A stretch of 64,000 bases of DNA from positions 1,845-65,844 of IMG/VR virus record IMGVR_UViG_3300048588_000476, one strand, 5' to 3'. Source of the stretch: a virus. Lineage: Duplodnaviria > Caudoviricetes. A program made the position numbers and the translations under genes. The notes below the pieces were generated by a model. It did no database searches and was not told the DNA's origin. It saw only the letters and a list, made by a program, of their open reading frames with translations. The first letter of the stretch is position 1; the number at the start of each line of letters is the position of its first letter. Below are positions 18,155 to 28,943 of the stretch, one piece after another.

Positions 18155-21100
18155 CTGTAGGGGTACACGCCCTGCTTCCCGGTCGCCACGTCCCGGGGCG
18201 AGCCCGGCAGTCCGGTGCGAAGGCCGACGGCGAAGTCACGATCGGCGCGGGTGAGCCCTTGGTACACAGATGTGAGTGTAACGCGGAACGCGGGATTCGT
18301 GGTATTGAAGGCGTCAATTTCCGCTTGCGCTTCGCGCGCCGCGTCGGGGTCCTTGGCGTCGATGGCCTGTCGCATCTTGGTTCGGAGCTGCGTCTGACGG
18401 CGCCCCATGAGTTGCTCGCGCGTGTTCTCGGCGTACTGCTTCTCCCGCTGGGACTTCAGCACCGCCGGGGTCAGCCCCGCGCCCATCTGGAAGATGTCCC
18501 ACGAGTTCAGCTCGACAGGAATCTTGTTGCCCTTGCTGTCCTTGGGGTAGCCGTCGTTCACCGCCTCGAACGCCTTGATGAGCCCCTTGATTGCGTTGGG
18601 GGCTGCGATCTCGACCACCTTGGCGCCGGGCAGCCCAGCGTCCGCAGCATCCACCGTACGCGCGGCCATGCCCAACAGCCCAAACGCTGGCCCTGCGGAA
18701 TCAACCGCCAACGCTGCCACTCGGTCTTCCCACCGACGCCGGTCAGCCAGAAACGCGCTAAACGGTAGCAAGTCCTGCATGCCCGAACGCGAGAGGTCGA
18801 CGCCCAGCGCCCGTGGAAGCCCCTTAGCGAGAACCTCGCCCGCCCCCTCGCCAAAAGTCCCAGCCAGCCATGTTTGATACGCCACCTTGGCATCGTAGGG
18901 TTCGTCGTCATCGCCCAGCATTGTCTCAAGCGCACGGGCAATCACCGTCGCCATCGGGAGCCCTAGAGAGCCCGCCAGAACCCCCGTGGTGGTCATCACC
19001 CCGGCAAACAGGCGGCGGTTCTCGCGAAGCATTTCTTTGGCCCGCGTGTTGTACTCCTCGTCCGTCTCCGCAGGATCGCGTACCGGCTTCACCGTCGCAT
19101 TCTTGGCGGTGCGGGCCAGCATCTCGATCATCTGCACGGAGTAGGAAGCGAACTGCGTGACCAACGGGGTCACCGGCCCGAGAAAGCCGTGAGTGCCGAG
19201 CTGTCGACCCTTGTTGGCTACGGAGTAGTCGAACTGCGTCTTGTCGACCATGTCCATGGCGTACGTCTCTGCACTGGCCTGCGCGCTGTCTGTCATGCGG
19301 GCAAACTTCGGGTCCTTCTGCCGCTGCAGTTCGAGATTGTACGCGGCCAGCGTCGTCACCAGCCGGTTCAAGATTTCGCCGTAGTGAGCGCCAACCCCGA
19401 TCGCCATGGACAGCCGATGCGTCCGGCCCGTCTGCCCATCGGCCACAGCATTGATGTGGGAGTAGTACGTGCCGTCGATACGGGCAGTATCGAACGCCTG
19501 CTTCAGTGCACTCGCCTCGCCGTAGGTCAGCCCGTAGTCCTTGAAATTGGCCTTCGGCCCGCCCAGCTCCAGTTCGAGGTACGGGCGTAGGGAATTTTCC
19601 TTCGCCATCGCCATCAACAGGGACCCGGCTTTCTTCTGGGCGTAGACCATCGCCGCCATGGATTTCACAAACCCGTGGCGAGCGCCCAGCGTGGGCAACG
19701 TCAGCTGGAACGGCTGCAGCAAGTTCGTCAGCAGATACGCCGGGCTCATGCCCAGATAGAAGTTGTGGGACACCGCGTTGACGGAGGACACCCACGGCAG
19801 CTCGTTCGTGTCGTACTCCTGCGCGTCGCGCCGCTTGACCTCCTCGAAGATGTCGCGCGCTCGCACCGCGGCGCGGACGTCCGTCCCCCGCTCCAGCTCC
19901 GCCACCTGCGAGGCCATGGCCTTCATCGCGTCGTTCAGCAGCGGGGTGAATTTCAGCCGGGACAGCCGGTTGATCGAGATGACGCTGCGCTTCGCCCAGC
20001 TACGGGGGAGCGCCGAACGGTCGTAGCCCGCCACTTCCTTCCGCTTGACCATCACCCGCTTGGGAGACATCTCCGGCAGCATGCTGATGTACATGTCCCG
20101 CATGGAAAGTTTCAGCCCGGCCTTCTGTGCATCTGACAGGTCAGTGCGCCCGTCGATCCGCTCGTACAGGCGCTTGATGACCTCGAACGTCTCGCGGAAC
20201 TCGCGCGGCAGTGCTTCTGCCAACCGCCCCTGCGAGAAAGTCGGCTCCTTATTGGAGTTGACCTGTTCATGCAGCGGCACCCCGGCGGCGGTCTTCCGGC
20301 TCTTGACGTCCGCCACGGCAGCTGCCAGCTCGCCCTCGGTCTCGAACCGCTGGAACACCCGCTCGTTGTTCTCGTCGTTGTACCGCAGGTAATACTCTCC
20401 GAAGCGGCCGATGTGGAAGTACGTGCCATCCATGGCCTTGAACGCGGAGTGCAGGGGCTTGAACATGTCCTGCGCCTCTTTGCCCAGCCGCCCGTTCATC
20501 AACGCATCTTCCATCTGCGCCGTCGTGGAGTCGCGCGTGATCCCCGCCTGACTGGCCTCGCCGAACAGGTCGATGATGTTCACCAGCGCCGCCTCGTATT
20601 CCTGCTTGGCAAGGTTCTCCGTGAACTCCAGCTTCTCGCGCAGAATCTTCTGCCCGCCGCTCGGCGCCAGCGCCTGCCACAGCTTCATGACCTCGTCGTA
20701 CTGCACGCGGAGCTTGGCGTTGTTGCCGTTCTTGTCCGTGGTCATGTAGCCGCGCTGCTTCTCGAACGCCACGCGCGGGTTGATGTGGAGCGACGTGATG
20801 TCGTCCATGGCCTTCAGGAACACCTCACCCTGCGTCATCCCGGCGATAGTCGACGCCTGTCCGCCGAACTTGCGCGCCCAGTTGTCGTATCGTGCACGGG
20901 TGTGGTCCGCGTTGCGCTTCAGCCCGTTGGCAAAACCCGCGGCGAGGTTCTTCACTTCCGTGAAAGCGCGCATCTGTGGGAACTGGTCGCCGAACGTCCA
21001 CGCAAGGTTCTTGAGGGTGGACCACCCCAACGACGTGCGATGCAGCCAGCCAGTCAGCGTCAGCGACCCCGTCTTTACCTGCGCGGGAATCTTGTCGCTG

Positions 21101-24100
21101 ACCTTGGTGAGGTTGCCCGCCCACGCAGATGCACCGTCCAGCGCCACTGCGGGGCTGCCCTCGATCCGAGCGACGTATTTCTTCACCCGCGCGTAATCCG
21201 GCGTTTCTTGCCCCAACACCTCCAGCACTTCGCTGGTCTGGCCGACTACTTTGTCGAACCATGACGTTGCTGCTGTGCGCGGCCCCATCCCGAGCAGCGA
21301 GCGCCCCCACGCAATGAACTTGTCCCAAAACGTGACGGGAACAACTTCTTCCGCCCCATATTGCTGCCCCAACATCCATACTCGAAGTTCTGGATTGGTT
21401 AGCGCGTAGGTTAGAAATTCATCACGGCTCTTCGCCGGTTCCCGCAGCCACACAGGCGCGTCATCTCGTTCGAGCAAGGGCGCCGCCTTGGCTCGGAACT
21501 CGCGCCAGAGCGTCTCAAACTCTTTGAGCACGCGGTCGCCTTTGGACCCGCCCATGATCGCCTGCCCCGCCTTCCGCATATAGACATCCAGCACCGCGAA
21601 CCGGGCGAATACGACCGCATGCACCATCTCGTGCAGAAAGATTTCCTCGCTGACTCCTGCGCCAGAATCCGGCACGTCGCGAAGATACACAGCGACCCCG
21701 CCGTTCTCAGTGTCGTACTGCGCCAGCCCCATGTTCTGCCCTTGCGCAATACTCATGGGCGCCAACGTGTCGGGCTTCGCCAAGATAAGCGACATGGTGC
21801 TTTTTGCAGGCAGCAGCTTGCCCAACGTTGCCGCCAGTCGACGGTACCAGTTGTTGGTGCTGTTGGCTTCGATCCACCCCAGCGCCCCGCGAATGTCCCC
21901 GTTTTCCATCAACTTTCGCAGAGGCGCGCTGACGGGCTGCGGGTCAGAGCCCAACACTGCAGACGAAGAACCTATCGAGTTTTTGGCGGACTGCAGTCGA
22001 GCCATACGCGCTGCTTCCGCATCCGCTCTCCGCACGTCGGCATCCTCCGATGCATCCTCGACAATGCCGAACAGCTCCGGATTGACTTTGCGGTTTGCCC
22101 GCGTGCGCTCTGCCATTGCTTCTTTATTGGCTTGGCGCACTGCCTCGTTGTGCTCGCGCGTCATCTGCGCTTTGGTCTCGGCCGCGAGCTTTTCCTGGGC
22201 GTTCATGCGCTCCAGCGTACGTTTCACGCGGGCAAGAGACTCTTTTGCCGCCGCCATTCCGGGGTGGTTCGCGTGCTGCTCAAGAACTTTCTGCGCCATC
22301 ACCGCGGCTTCGGTCGGCTCCCCGCCCTTACCCTTCGACACCTGCTCTGCTTCTTCCATGAGGTACAGCAACGCGCTGACGTGCGCCGACCTCGACTGGT
22401 TTGGATCGATCAGAAACTTGACTGCCGAGCGCACATGCGCCACCGGGGAGTCCGGCGTCTCTTTCTTTTTCGGCGTTGCCTTGGGCTCAGTGACGGTTTT
22501 GACTTCGGTCTTCGCCCCTTCCTTCTTGACCTTGGCCCGGAGCGCCTTGGCTTTCTGTTCCTTGGTCTGGGGGGCTTCTGTGGTTGCGGCTACTTCCGCC
22601 AGCATCCCGGCCAACCGGCTGGCGAGCTGCCCAATTCGACGCTCCGTCCGCCCCGCGGCCTTGGTGCTTCTCTCCGCTTCGGGGTAGCTCTGCAGCGCTT
22701 TGATGTACGCCGCCAGCGTAGTTCTTTGCTCCGCCGGGGTACTTGCCTCTTTATGCGCTTTGCGCGCGGCCTTTACGCGCTCCATCGCTGCAATGTACTC
22801 CGGGGACGGGCCGTGCGTCGCCATGAGCGCAAACATCTGCTGCGCGATACCTTCCTGCGCTACCCGGTTTCCTTGCGCCCGCGCTTCCTTGTACGCTGCA
22901 CTCAGCGCTTTGAATTTCTGCTCGTATTCGTCCGCTGCCTTTGTTTCGGGCGCGGGTTCTTCCTTATCCGGCATCTGCCCGTCAGCAGTCTTGCCGGTCT
23001 TACGGCGCGTGTACCCGGCTTCCTTCAGCTTCTCACTGCGGGTTTTCGGCTTCTCTTCCACCTTCGGTGCAGGAGCGGACTCCACCTTGGCTGCCGGTGG
23101 AGTCTCTACCTTCGGTGCTTCCGGCGGCTTTACTTCGGCGGGAACGGTGCCTTGGCCTTGCCCGGCGGGAACGGTGCTTTGCCCCCCGCCTTGAACGGGG
23201 GCTTCATCCCCATCTTGGGGGGTGGGGCTCCCTTCTTGCCCATCGGTTTCTTCATTCCGGCTGACGCTTTCATCCTTGCCTCCATTGGCGAGTCGTTGAC
23301 CCCACAGCTTCAACCCTTCCACCGTCTTCGGCTTCAGGTCCTTGTTTGCAGCAATGTACGCTTCGACGTCGGCTTGCGTGGGTGCGGGTGTGGCGCGCAA
23401 CACTGCCGTGACACCTTTCCGCAGCTCGACCGAATTCGACGGGGCCTTGCCTTCCGGCGCCGTCATGTCCATGTTCGTTGCCAGCCGCTCGGGCGTGACC
23501 TCGCGCGTCTTGCGCCCCGACTCCAGCTCCACCCACTTCAGCTCCGACTCCTGCTGTTCCATGGGGGAGAGCCCGACCGCGCGCCGCAGCGCTTGGTACC
23601 GAGCGTTCGAGATGACTACTGTGTCGGTGGGGGCGCCGTTGACCATCGCCGTGGTAGACGTGGGGAGCCGCCACCCGGCATCCGGGTTGTTCGGGTCGAT
23701 CGCCGCCGTCATGGCGAGCTGCTTGGCTTGCGCCGCGGTGGCTTTGCCCGAGCCGGTCGTCAGCTTGCCGTCCGCCGTCACCCCAGAATTCTTGAGCTGC
23801 TCGTAGAACGCCGCTGCATCCTCCAGCGTGGCAAACCCCAGCCGGAGCGGTGCCCCCTTGGTGTTCGTGAACTCCACCGGCACCGTGCTGGACTTCACCA
23901 GTCGATTGGCGAGCGTGACAGCCTTGGCCCGCTCCGCTTCGCCCACCGGCAGTTCGAGCACGTGCCGCGTGAGCCCGCCAGATGCCTGCGTGACTTCGGG
24001 GGAGCCCTGTGCACGCGTGATCCGCGTGTCTCCCTTGCCTTCGGTGGCAGGAACCGGCGCCGGGGTGAACGGCGCGAGCTGGGCGGTCTCGTCCCCCTGA

Positions 24101-25260
24101 GCACGTCGGTACGCCACGTTGGCTTCCGCAGTGAGCGCATCCGTGTCCGGCAGGCCCAGCGACTGGGCGTACGCCGCCTTGAACGCAGGGAAGTCGCTCG
24201 ACGGTGCTGCCGGTGCTGTAGGGGCGGCAGGGGGAGCGGCGGGGGGAGCTGTCGGTGCTGACGCATCCGCGACAGGAGGCTCCGTCGGCGCGGGCGGGGC
24301 GGCAGGAGCCTCGGGACGATTCGGTCTGAGCAAGCCACCGCCTGCACCCAACACTCCACCGGCAAGACCCCCGATGATCATGTCGTCGACCACGCCGTCC
24401 AGCAGCTGCGTGGACTTGTCCATGTACTTCTGCGTGACCCAATTGCTGGCCGCACGTTCGAGCCCGGACTGCACCGCCTCTTGTGCCATTTCCCCGCGGA
24501 AACCCTGCACCATGTTCCCGATCCGGCTGGCGCCCCGCAGCTCCTTCCCGACAATCATGCCCAGCACGCCGGAACCGGCAATCATGCTGCCCAGCGCCGT
24601 GCCTGCGGCTTGTGACAGAGATGCTACAGAGGCATCCCCGGCGATTTTTTTGCGTGCTTTGGCCTCATCCCCGCCAGATTCGGCCAGTGCTTCAGCCCAC
24701 CCGGGCTGCTGAGCGAGCTGCTCCGTGGGCGTGTTTTCGACTTGCAGGCGGGTATCTTCCGGAGCCGTGACCCCGGTCACCGCGGCTTCACTGGCGGCAA
24801 TTACGCCGCGCTGCGACAGTTTGGACAGCCCCTCGAACCCGCCCTTGACAAGCCCCGTGGCTTCACCGGCTGCCAGAATGCCCTTGGCGCCGAGCCCGCC
24901 GACCGCCAGTGATGGCAAAGATTCCGCAGCAGCGCCCGCTACCTTGCGGATCATGTTGCCGCTCTTCCACGCCTCACCTACCGTCTGGCCCGAGGCTTCC
25001 TGCTGAAGCGGGGAGGTCGTTGCGCGGATGTCGCCCGACAGGGCGGCGCGACCTCGGTTGATGTCGTCGGCGTAGTCCGACACGGCTTCGCTGCCGGTGA
25101 GCGCCCCGATACCCCGCGTGGCAAGGGACGCACCTGCCCCCGCAAGGTCGACCGCCCCCGCTGCTACCAGCTTGGGCATGTCGGTGAATGCGTTGCCAGT
25201 CTTCTTGGCCGGGGCTGGGCGCCCCATCCATACCGCGGTGTCTTCGGGTGTGATCGCCAT
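18151..25260 (-). CDS. giant internal virion/ejection protein (2369 aa) with zincin HExxH and PLxRFG-like domain
   Basis: FLHEMVH, YFHIGRFGEY, helical C-terminal region; position after other internal virion genes. Confidence 0.7.
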   Translation of the reverse strand: MAITPEDTAVWMGRPAPAKKTGNAFTDMPKLVAAGAVDLAGAGASLATRGIGALTGSEAVSDYADDINRGRAALSGDIRATTSPLQQEASGQTVGEAWKSGNMIRKVAGAAAESLPSLAVGGLGAKGILAAGEATGLVKGGFEGLSKLSQRGVIAASEAAVTGVTAPEDTRLQVENTPTEQLAQQPGWAEALAESGGDEAKARKKIAGDASVASLSQAAGTALGSMIAGSGVLGMIVGKELRGASRIGNMVQGFRGEMAQEAVQSGLERAASNWVTQKYMDKSTQLLDGVVDDMIIGGLAGGVLGAGGGLLRPNRPEAPAAPPAPTEPPVADASAPTAPPAAPPAAPTAPAAPSSDFPAFKAAYAQSLGLPDTDALTAEANVAYRRAQGDETAQLAPFTPAPVPATEGKGDTRITRAQGSPEVTQASGGLTRHVLELPVGEAERAKAVTLANRLVKSSTVPVEFTNTKGAPLRLGFATLEDAAAFYEQLKNSGVTADGKLTTGSGKATAAQAKQLAMTAAIDPNNPDAGWRLPTSTTAMVNGAPTDTVVISNARYQALRRAVGLSPMEQQESELKWVELESGRKTREVTPERLATNMDMTAPEGKAPSNSVELRKGVTAVLRATPAPTQADVEAYIAANKDLKPKTVEGLKLWGQRLANGGKDESVSRNEETDGQEGSPTPQDGDEAPVQGGGQSTVPAGQGQGTVPAEVKPPEAPKVETPPAAKVESAPAPKVEEKPKTRSEKLKEAGYTRRKTGKTADGQMPDKEEPAPETKAADEYEQKFKALSAAYKEARAQGNRVAQEGIAQQMFALMATHGPSPEYIAAMERVKAARKAHKEASTPAEQRTTLAAYIKALQSYPEAERSTKAAGRTERRIGQLASRLAGMLAEVAATTEAPQTKEQKAKALRAKVKKEGAKTEVKTVTEPKATPKKKETPDSPVAHVRSAVKFLIDPNQSRSAHVSALLYLMEEAEQVSKGKGGEPTEAAVMAQKVLEQHANHPGMAAAKESLARVKRTLERMNAQEKLAAETKAQMTREHNEAVRQANKEAMAERTRANRKVNPELFGIVEDASEDADVRRADAEAARMARLQSAKNSIGSSSAVLGSDPQPVSAPLRKLMENGDIRGALGWIEANSTNNWYRRLAATLGKLLPAKSTMSLILAKPDTLAPMSIAQGQNMGLAQYDTENGGVAVYLRDVPDSGAGVSEEIFLHEMVHAVVFARFAVLDVYMRKAGQAIMGGSKGDRVLKEFETLWREFRAKAAPLLERDDAPVWLREPAKSRDEFLTYALTNPELRVWMLGQQYGAEEVVPVTFWDKFIAWGRSLLGMGPRTAATSWFDKVVGQTSEVLEVLGQETPDYARVKKYVARIEGSPAVALDGASAWAGNLTKVSDKIPAQVKTGSLTLTGWLHRTSLGWSTLKNLAWTFGDQFPQMRAFTEVKNLAAGFANGLKRNADHTRARYDNWARKFGGQASTIAGMTQGEVFLKAMDDITSLHINPRVAFEKQRGYMTTDKNGNNAKLRVQYDEVMKLWQALAPSGGQKILREKLEFTENLAKQEYEAALVNIIDLFGEASQAGITRDSTTAQMEDALMNGRLGKEAQDMFKPLHSAFKAMDGTYFHIGRFGEYYLRYNDENNERVFQRFETEGELAAAVADVKSRKTAAGVPLHEQVNSNKEPTFSQGRLAEALPREFRETFEVIKRLYERIDGRTDLSDAQKAGLKLSMRDMYISMLPEMSPKRVMVKRKEVAGYDRSALPRSWAKRSVISINRLSRLKFTPLLNDAMKAMASQVAELERGTDVRAAVRARDIFEEVKRRDAQEYDTNELPWVSSVNAVSHNFYLGMSPAYLLTNLLQPFQLTLPTLGARHGFVKSMAAMVYAQKKAGSLLMAMAKENSLRPYLELELGGPKANFKDYGLTYGEASALKQAFDTARIDGTYYSHINAVADGQTGRTHRLSMAIGVGAHYGEILNRLVTTLAAYNLELQRQKDPKFARMTDSAQASAETYAMDMVDKTQFDYSVANKGRQLGTHGFLGPVTPLVTQFASYSVQMIEMLARTAKNATVKPVRDPAETDEEYNTRAKEMLRENRRLFAGVMTTTGVLAGSLGLPMATVIARALETMLGDDDEPYDAKVAYQTWLAGTFGEGAGEVLAKGLPRALGVDLSRSGMQDLLPFSAFLADRRRWEDRVAALAVDSAGPAFGLLGMAARTVDAADAGLPGAKVVEIAAPNAIKGLIKAFEAVNDGYPKDSKGNKIPVELNSWDIFQMGAGLTPAVLKSQREKQYAENTREQLMGRRQTQLRTKMRQAIDAKDPDAAREAQAEIDAFNTTNPAFRVTLTSVYQGLTRADRDFAVGLRTGLPGSPRDVATGKQGVYPYR

Positions 25261-26699
25261 TATTCGCCTGTAGCGGGCACGGGCATGCCGATGCTAGTTT
25301 TCCCCTGCGGCGCGTCCATCGGCACAACTTCGCCGTTGCTCAACCGCAGAGCCACCTTGCCGTCTTTCACCACCTTCGTGCCTAGCACCGTGCCGGAAGA
25401 GTCCTTGATAGCCTCCCCCGGAGCCGCTGCACGCACTGCCGCGCGAATCTGCCCATCGGCCTTCAGCATGTCGGACGATTTGTACTCTGCTACCCCGCCG
25501 CGACCAACCATGACAATTCCGCCGTCCGCTAGAGGCACCACTGTCGGCGGTGCTTCCGAGCCCTTCAGCTCCGCTTGGCGCTGCGCCAGCTTTGCCGCTT
25601 CAATGGCTCGGCGATTGGCGTTCGTCATCGCCACACCTGCGAGTTGCGCGTCTGCCCCGTAAATGCTGGCATTGGCGCTCGTCTCCGCCACCTTCTGAGC
25701 AGCCGCCTGCCGCCCGGCTTCCAGCACTGGCATCTGATCGACCTGCTTGCGCTGCGTCTCCGCATTGAACGCGTTGACCCCGGCGTTGGCTTGCTGCACT
25801 CCTACTTGCTGGGCGTTCTTGAGCGCTGCGGCATTCCACTGCGCGTTCCACATCTTGTCCCACGGATTGCGCGACCCGGCGAACGGGCTCTGCACTGAGG
25901 ATGTGGCCGGCGCTGCGGGAGTCGTCGACATCGCAGGGAGCGGCCCGCCCGTGACGGTGCCAGTGTCGATCAGACGCTGGTTGATCCGCTTGAGGTCGTC
26001 GGCGTACTTCATCCCCGCCGCGTACAGGTCGCCATCCGCTGCAGGTGCGGGGGTGGCCTTTGCCGGTGCGGGGATCGAACCCGACATGGTGCCAGGGCCG
26101 GTCATCGCTGGCGGCTTGGCCGGGGTAGCCTTGGCAGGAGCTGCGGGGGCTGCGGGGGTCACGGCGGCGGGCGCGGCTACCGCCGGTTTGGCCGGTTCGT
26201 CCGTGATGCCGAAGAACCCCTTCGCCGCATCCCCGGCTCCTCGAACGGTAGCCCCCAGCCCAGCATCCATCGCCGTACGCCCCACTCCATCGATCGCGTC
26301 CATTGCCAACGCCGGGACCGTCATCAACGCCGACCCCGCTGCCGCACCTACCTTACCCGCCATCGTGGGCTGTTTCTGCACCCGCTCGACGGCATTCGCC
26401 GCGACTTTGCTGGTGGTGTCGAAGTCGTTGAACGTCCGGCTCCCCAGCTCTTGCGTGAAGGTGCCGGGGCCGGTCAGCGGTGCCGGGGGCGGCGCCACAT
26501 ACCCGGGGCGCTTGGACATCATGCTTTCGGCCCGCGCGTCCGTGGCCCGCAGAATCGCCGACGGCGCCACCGTGGTGCGACCGGACGTGGGTATCAGCCG
26601 AGGGGCAATGCCCGTGGCGTCCACCACCTTCGGGGGCGGCACCATTGCGGGCATCACCGGAATTCCAAAATCATCCTTCGCAGGCTGCACCATGATCAC
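25260..26699 (-). CDS. putative internal virion protein
   Basis: Ala/Pro/Gln-rich 479 aa; TAATG-coupled to giant gene. Confidence 0.6.
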   Translation of the reverse strand: MIMVQPAKDDFGIPVMPAMVPPPKVVDATGIAPRLIPTSGRTTVAPSAILRATDARAESMMSKRPGYVAPPPAPLTGPGTFTQELGSRTFNDFDTTSKVAANAVERVQKQPTMAGKVGAAAGSALMTVPALAMDAIDGVGRTAMDAGLGATVRGAGDAAKGFFGITDEPAKPAVAAPAAVTPAAPAAPAKATPAKPPAMTGPGTMSGSIPAPAKATPAPAADGDLYAAGMKYADDLKRINQRLIDTGTVTGGPLPAMSTTPAAPATSSVQSPFAGSRNPWDKMWNAQWNAAALKNAQQVGVQQANAGVNAFNAETQRKQVDQMPVLEAGRQAAAQKVAETSANASIYGADAQLAGVAMTNANRRAIEAAKLAQRQAELKGSEAPPTVVPLADGGIVMVGRGGVAEYKSSDMLKADGQIRAAVRAAAPGEAIKDSSGTVLGTKVVKDGKVALRLSNGEVVPMDAPQGKTSIGMPVPATGE

Positions 26700-27679
26700 G
26701 CTCCCGAACTGGCAACAGTGGACGTCGTCGCGGCCACTGCGTTGAAGCTACTATACGCCGCCGCTGCGGTCCGCGCATACATGTCCAGCCGGGCTTTCTG
26801 AGCTTCGACGCCGGACGCGGTGATGTTCCCGATGAAGCCCCCGGCCAGCGTGGCGTACCGGATGTCGTTATCGGCGTTTGCAATGTCGGCCTTCAGTTCG
26901 ATCTCCGCCGACGCAATGACCGCTCGATAGTATTCCGTCACCGCTGCGTACGCCGCGCGTTTGGCTTCTGCTACCGAAGACGCATACTCTGCCGCTGCGT
27001 TGGGCAGGCGTGAATACGCCGTAACCAGCCCGCTGATACCGTTGAGCAGCCCGATCTTCAGCTTGACGCCCACGTCCGCCGCAAATTTCACCGCCTCGAC
27101 GTGGATGTCCAGCGCCTTGATTGCTTGCTGCGCCGCCATGTCTGCGTTGGCAAAATGCGTGTCCTGCAGTCGCATTTGCAATTGATTGTTCACCACTCCG
27201 CCCGGCATGGAGAACCCGCGAGACGCCCATTGCGTCACGATCGAATCTTCATATCGCGCTGCGTCCCGAAGCGTCTGGGCCTTGGCCCGCTCCCACATGA
27301 TTTCTTGGGTAGTGGCGTCCACCATGGCCCCGGCAATGATGTCGCTGAGCAAGGGGTCCAGCCCGTCCGGAAGCGCCGCCGGAAAGTAGTCCCGCAGCCA
27401 CGACGTCTGCAGGCTATCGACTACCTGCTTCACCTGTTCCAGCGCCCCAGCAAAATCCACGGTGAGGTCGTTGGGGTCCGGGGGCGGGGGCAACGCCGGG
27501 ATAGTGGGGGTGTCGACGATGCCATACTGCGTCAGTGGGCGCGCGAAGGTCGAGGACTGCCCGGGGACATAGGTGGCCCAGTTCAGGTTGGTAGACACCA
27601 ACTCCGCCGCGTCGAGCGCGTTGGACGCTACCGCCTTCATGTCCTCGATCAGCTGTGCGGGGGCAGAGGCTTCGGCCAT
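26696..27679 (-). CDS. putative internal virion protein
   Basis: helical, WASRGFSMPGG motif. Confidence 0.6.
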   Translation of the reverse strand: MAEASAPAQLIEDMKAVASNALDAAELVSTNLNWATYVPGQSSTFARPLTQYGIVDTPTIPALPPPPDPNDLTVDFAGALEQVKQVVDSLQTSWLRDYFPAALPDGLDPLLSDIIAGAMVDATTQEIMWERAKAQTLRDAARYEDSIVTQWASRGFSMPGGVVNNQLQMRLQDTHFANADMAAQQAIKALDIHVEAVKFAADVGVKLKIGLLNGISGLVTAYSRLPNAAAEYASSVAEAKRAAYAAVTEYYRAVIASAEIELKADIANADNDIRYATLAGGFIGNITASGVEAQKARLDMYARTAAAAYSSFNAVAATTSTVASSGA

Positions 27680-27681
27680 AG

Positions 27682-28935
27682 TTACACTCCGTGCCGCTTC
27701 AGAATCTGCGGCTTAAATTCAATGCTGTCGAGGTCGAACGTCGCCCCCGCCCTGTTCTCCACACGGAACTGCCAATACCTCGCCTGCAGCCCGCGACCCA
27801 GCGTCGCCCGCGACCCGTGCACGTACGACGGGTGATGCTCCAGCGCGTAATAGCGCGTCACCGTGTCGTTGGCAACGACCTTGAGCGCCAAGTCCCCGTC
27901 CGCCCGCGCCGCCACGTACACCGCCGGAATCCGCTTGTCGTATGGGTTCTTGTAGTCCGTGCGCGGGGTAGTAACCGCCGCCGGTATCGGCGCCCCGTCA
28001 TCCGTGGCCCCCGCGTACCGGTACACCCCCGCCCGCGTGGTCATGTACGTGGCCCCCTTGAACCTGCACATAGAGGTAGCAGGGAGCCCGACGAATCGGC
28101 TGGGCGCCGACGTGTCGTAGTTGATCGCCCACGCCGTGAAGTCGTCGTTGAAGGGGTTGGAGGGTGTCGGAGTGAACCCCACCGGCAGCATGTACATCTG
28201 CGCCGCCCCGCCCATCCGCATTCCACCTGACGGTACATGCACCGGGAAGTACCCCGTCACCGGGGCCGTTCCGCCCACGCGCATCCCGCCACCCACCGTC
28301 TCGGGGTAGAGGGTGGACACCGGGGCAACCCCGCCGATTGTCACACCCCCCGCGGGGGTAATTGTGTTGATCGCTGGGAGGCTAATCCCCGCCGACCCGC
28401 CCAGCACCATGCCGCCCGTTGCAAACACCGGAGAACCGTCGAACGCCGCCCCGCCCAGCACCATACCGCCAGTCACGGTTTCGACAAACGCGTTAGGCAC
28501 CACCGCCGCGCCGCCCACCTGCACCCCGCCGGACGGGGCAAACTCAATCCAGTCGAACGCGTCGGGGGCCGTACCCCCCACCCGCATCCCGCCCAGCGGG
28601 CCAAGGTCGAAGATCGTGACATACACGTCAGCAATCGGAGCCTCGCCACCGACCGTCATGCCCCCGGTGGGGATGATCGGGTCCCCAAAGATGTCCGCCC
28701 CGCCCCCGAGCGTCATCCCGCCATCGGGCACCATCGAGAAATTGAGCGGAGACGACAGAGCGAACCGGGGAAGCCGCGGACCGGCGGGTACTCCCGTCTC
28801 GCCTAGCTGGAACGTAGGAAGCCGCGGACCGGCGGGTACTTCCGTCTCGCCTAGCTGGAACGTAGGAAGCCGCGGACCGGCGGGTACTTCCGTCTCGCCC
28901 AGTTCATACGACGGCAGGACTGCTGTCGTCGCCAT
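27682..28935 (-). CDS. tail structural protein with GG-repeat region
   Basis: repeated (P/T)xGGMxxGGxA units; N-terminal 16-aa tandem repeat. Confidence 0.6.
   Translation of the reverse strand: MATTAVLPSYELGETEVPAGPRLPTFQLGETEVPAGPRLPTFQLGETGVPAGPRLPRFALSSPLNFSMVPDGGMTLGGGADIFGDPIIPTGGMTVGGEAPIADVYVTIFDLGPLGGMRVGGTAPDAFDWIEFAPSGGVQVGGAAVVPNAFVETVTGGMVLGGAAFDGSPVFATGGMVLGGSAGISLPAINTITPAGGVTIGGVAPVSTLYPETVGGGMRVGGTAPVTGYFPVHVPSGGMRMGGAAQMYMLPVGFTPTPSNPFNDDFTAWAINYDTSAPSRFVGLPATSMCRFKGATYMTTRAGVYRYAGATDDGAPIPAAVTTPRTDYKNPYDKRIPAVYVAARADGDLALKVVANDTVTRYYALEHHPSYVHGSRATLGRGLQARYWQFRVENRAGATFDLDSIEFKPQILKRHGV
28769..28902. repeat. 48-bp tandem repeat, about 2.8 near-identical copies
   Basis: units start at 28769, 28817, 28865; encode LGETEVPAGPRLPTFQ. 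Confidence 0.9.
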
Positions 28936-28943
28936 CTACCCGC

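Noticed and set aside
21619-24261. 880-aa + strand ORF and other long antisense ORFs (for example 6854-7780, 34960-36237, 60366-62042)
   Set aside because: Shadow frames of GC-rich genes on the opposite strand, with no motifs or SD.
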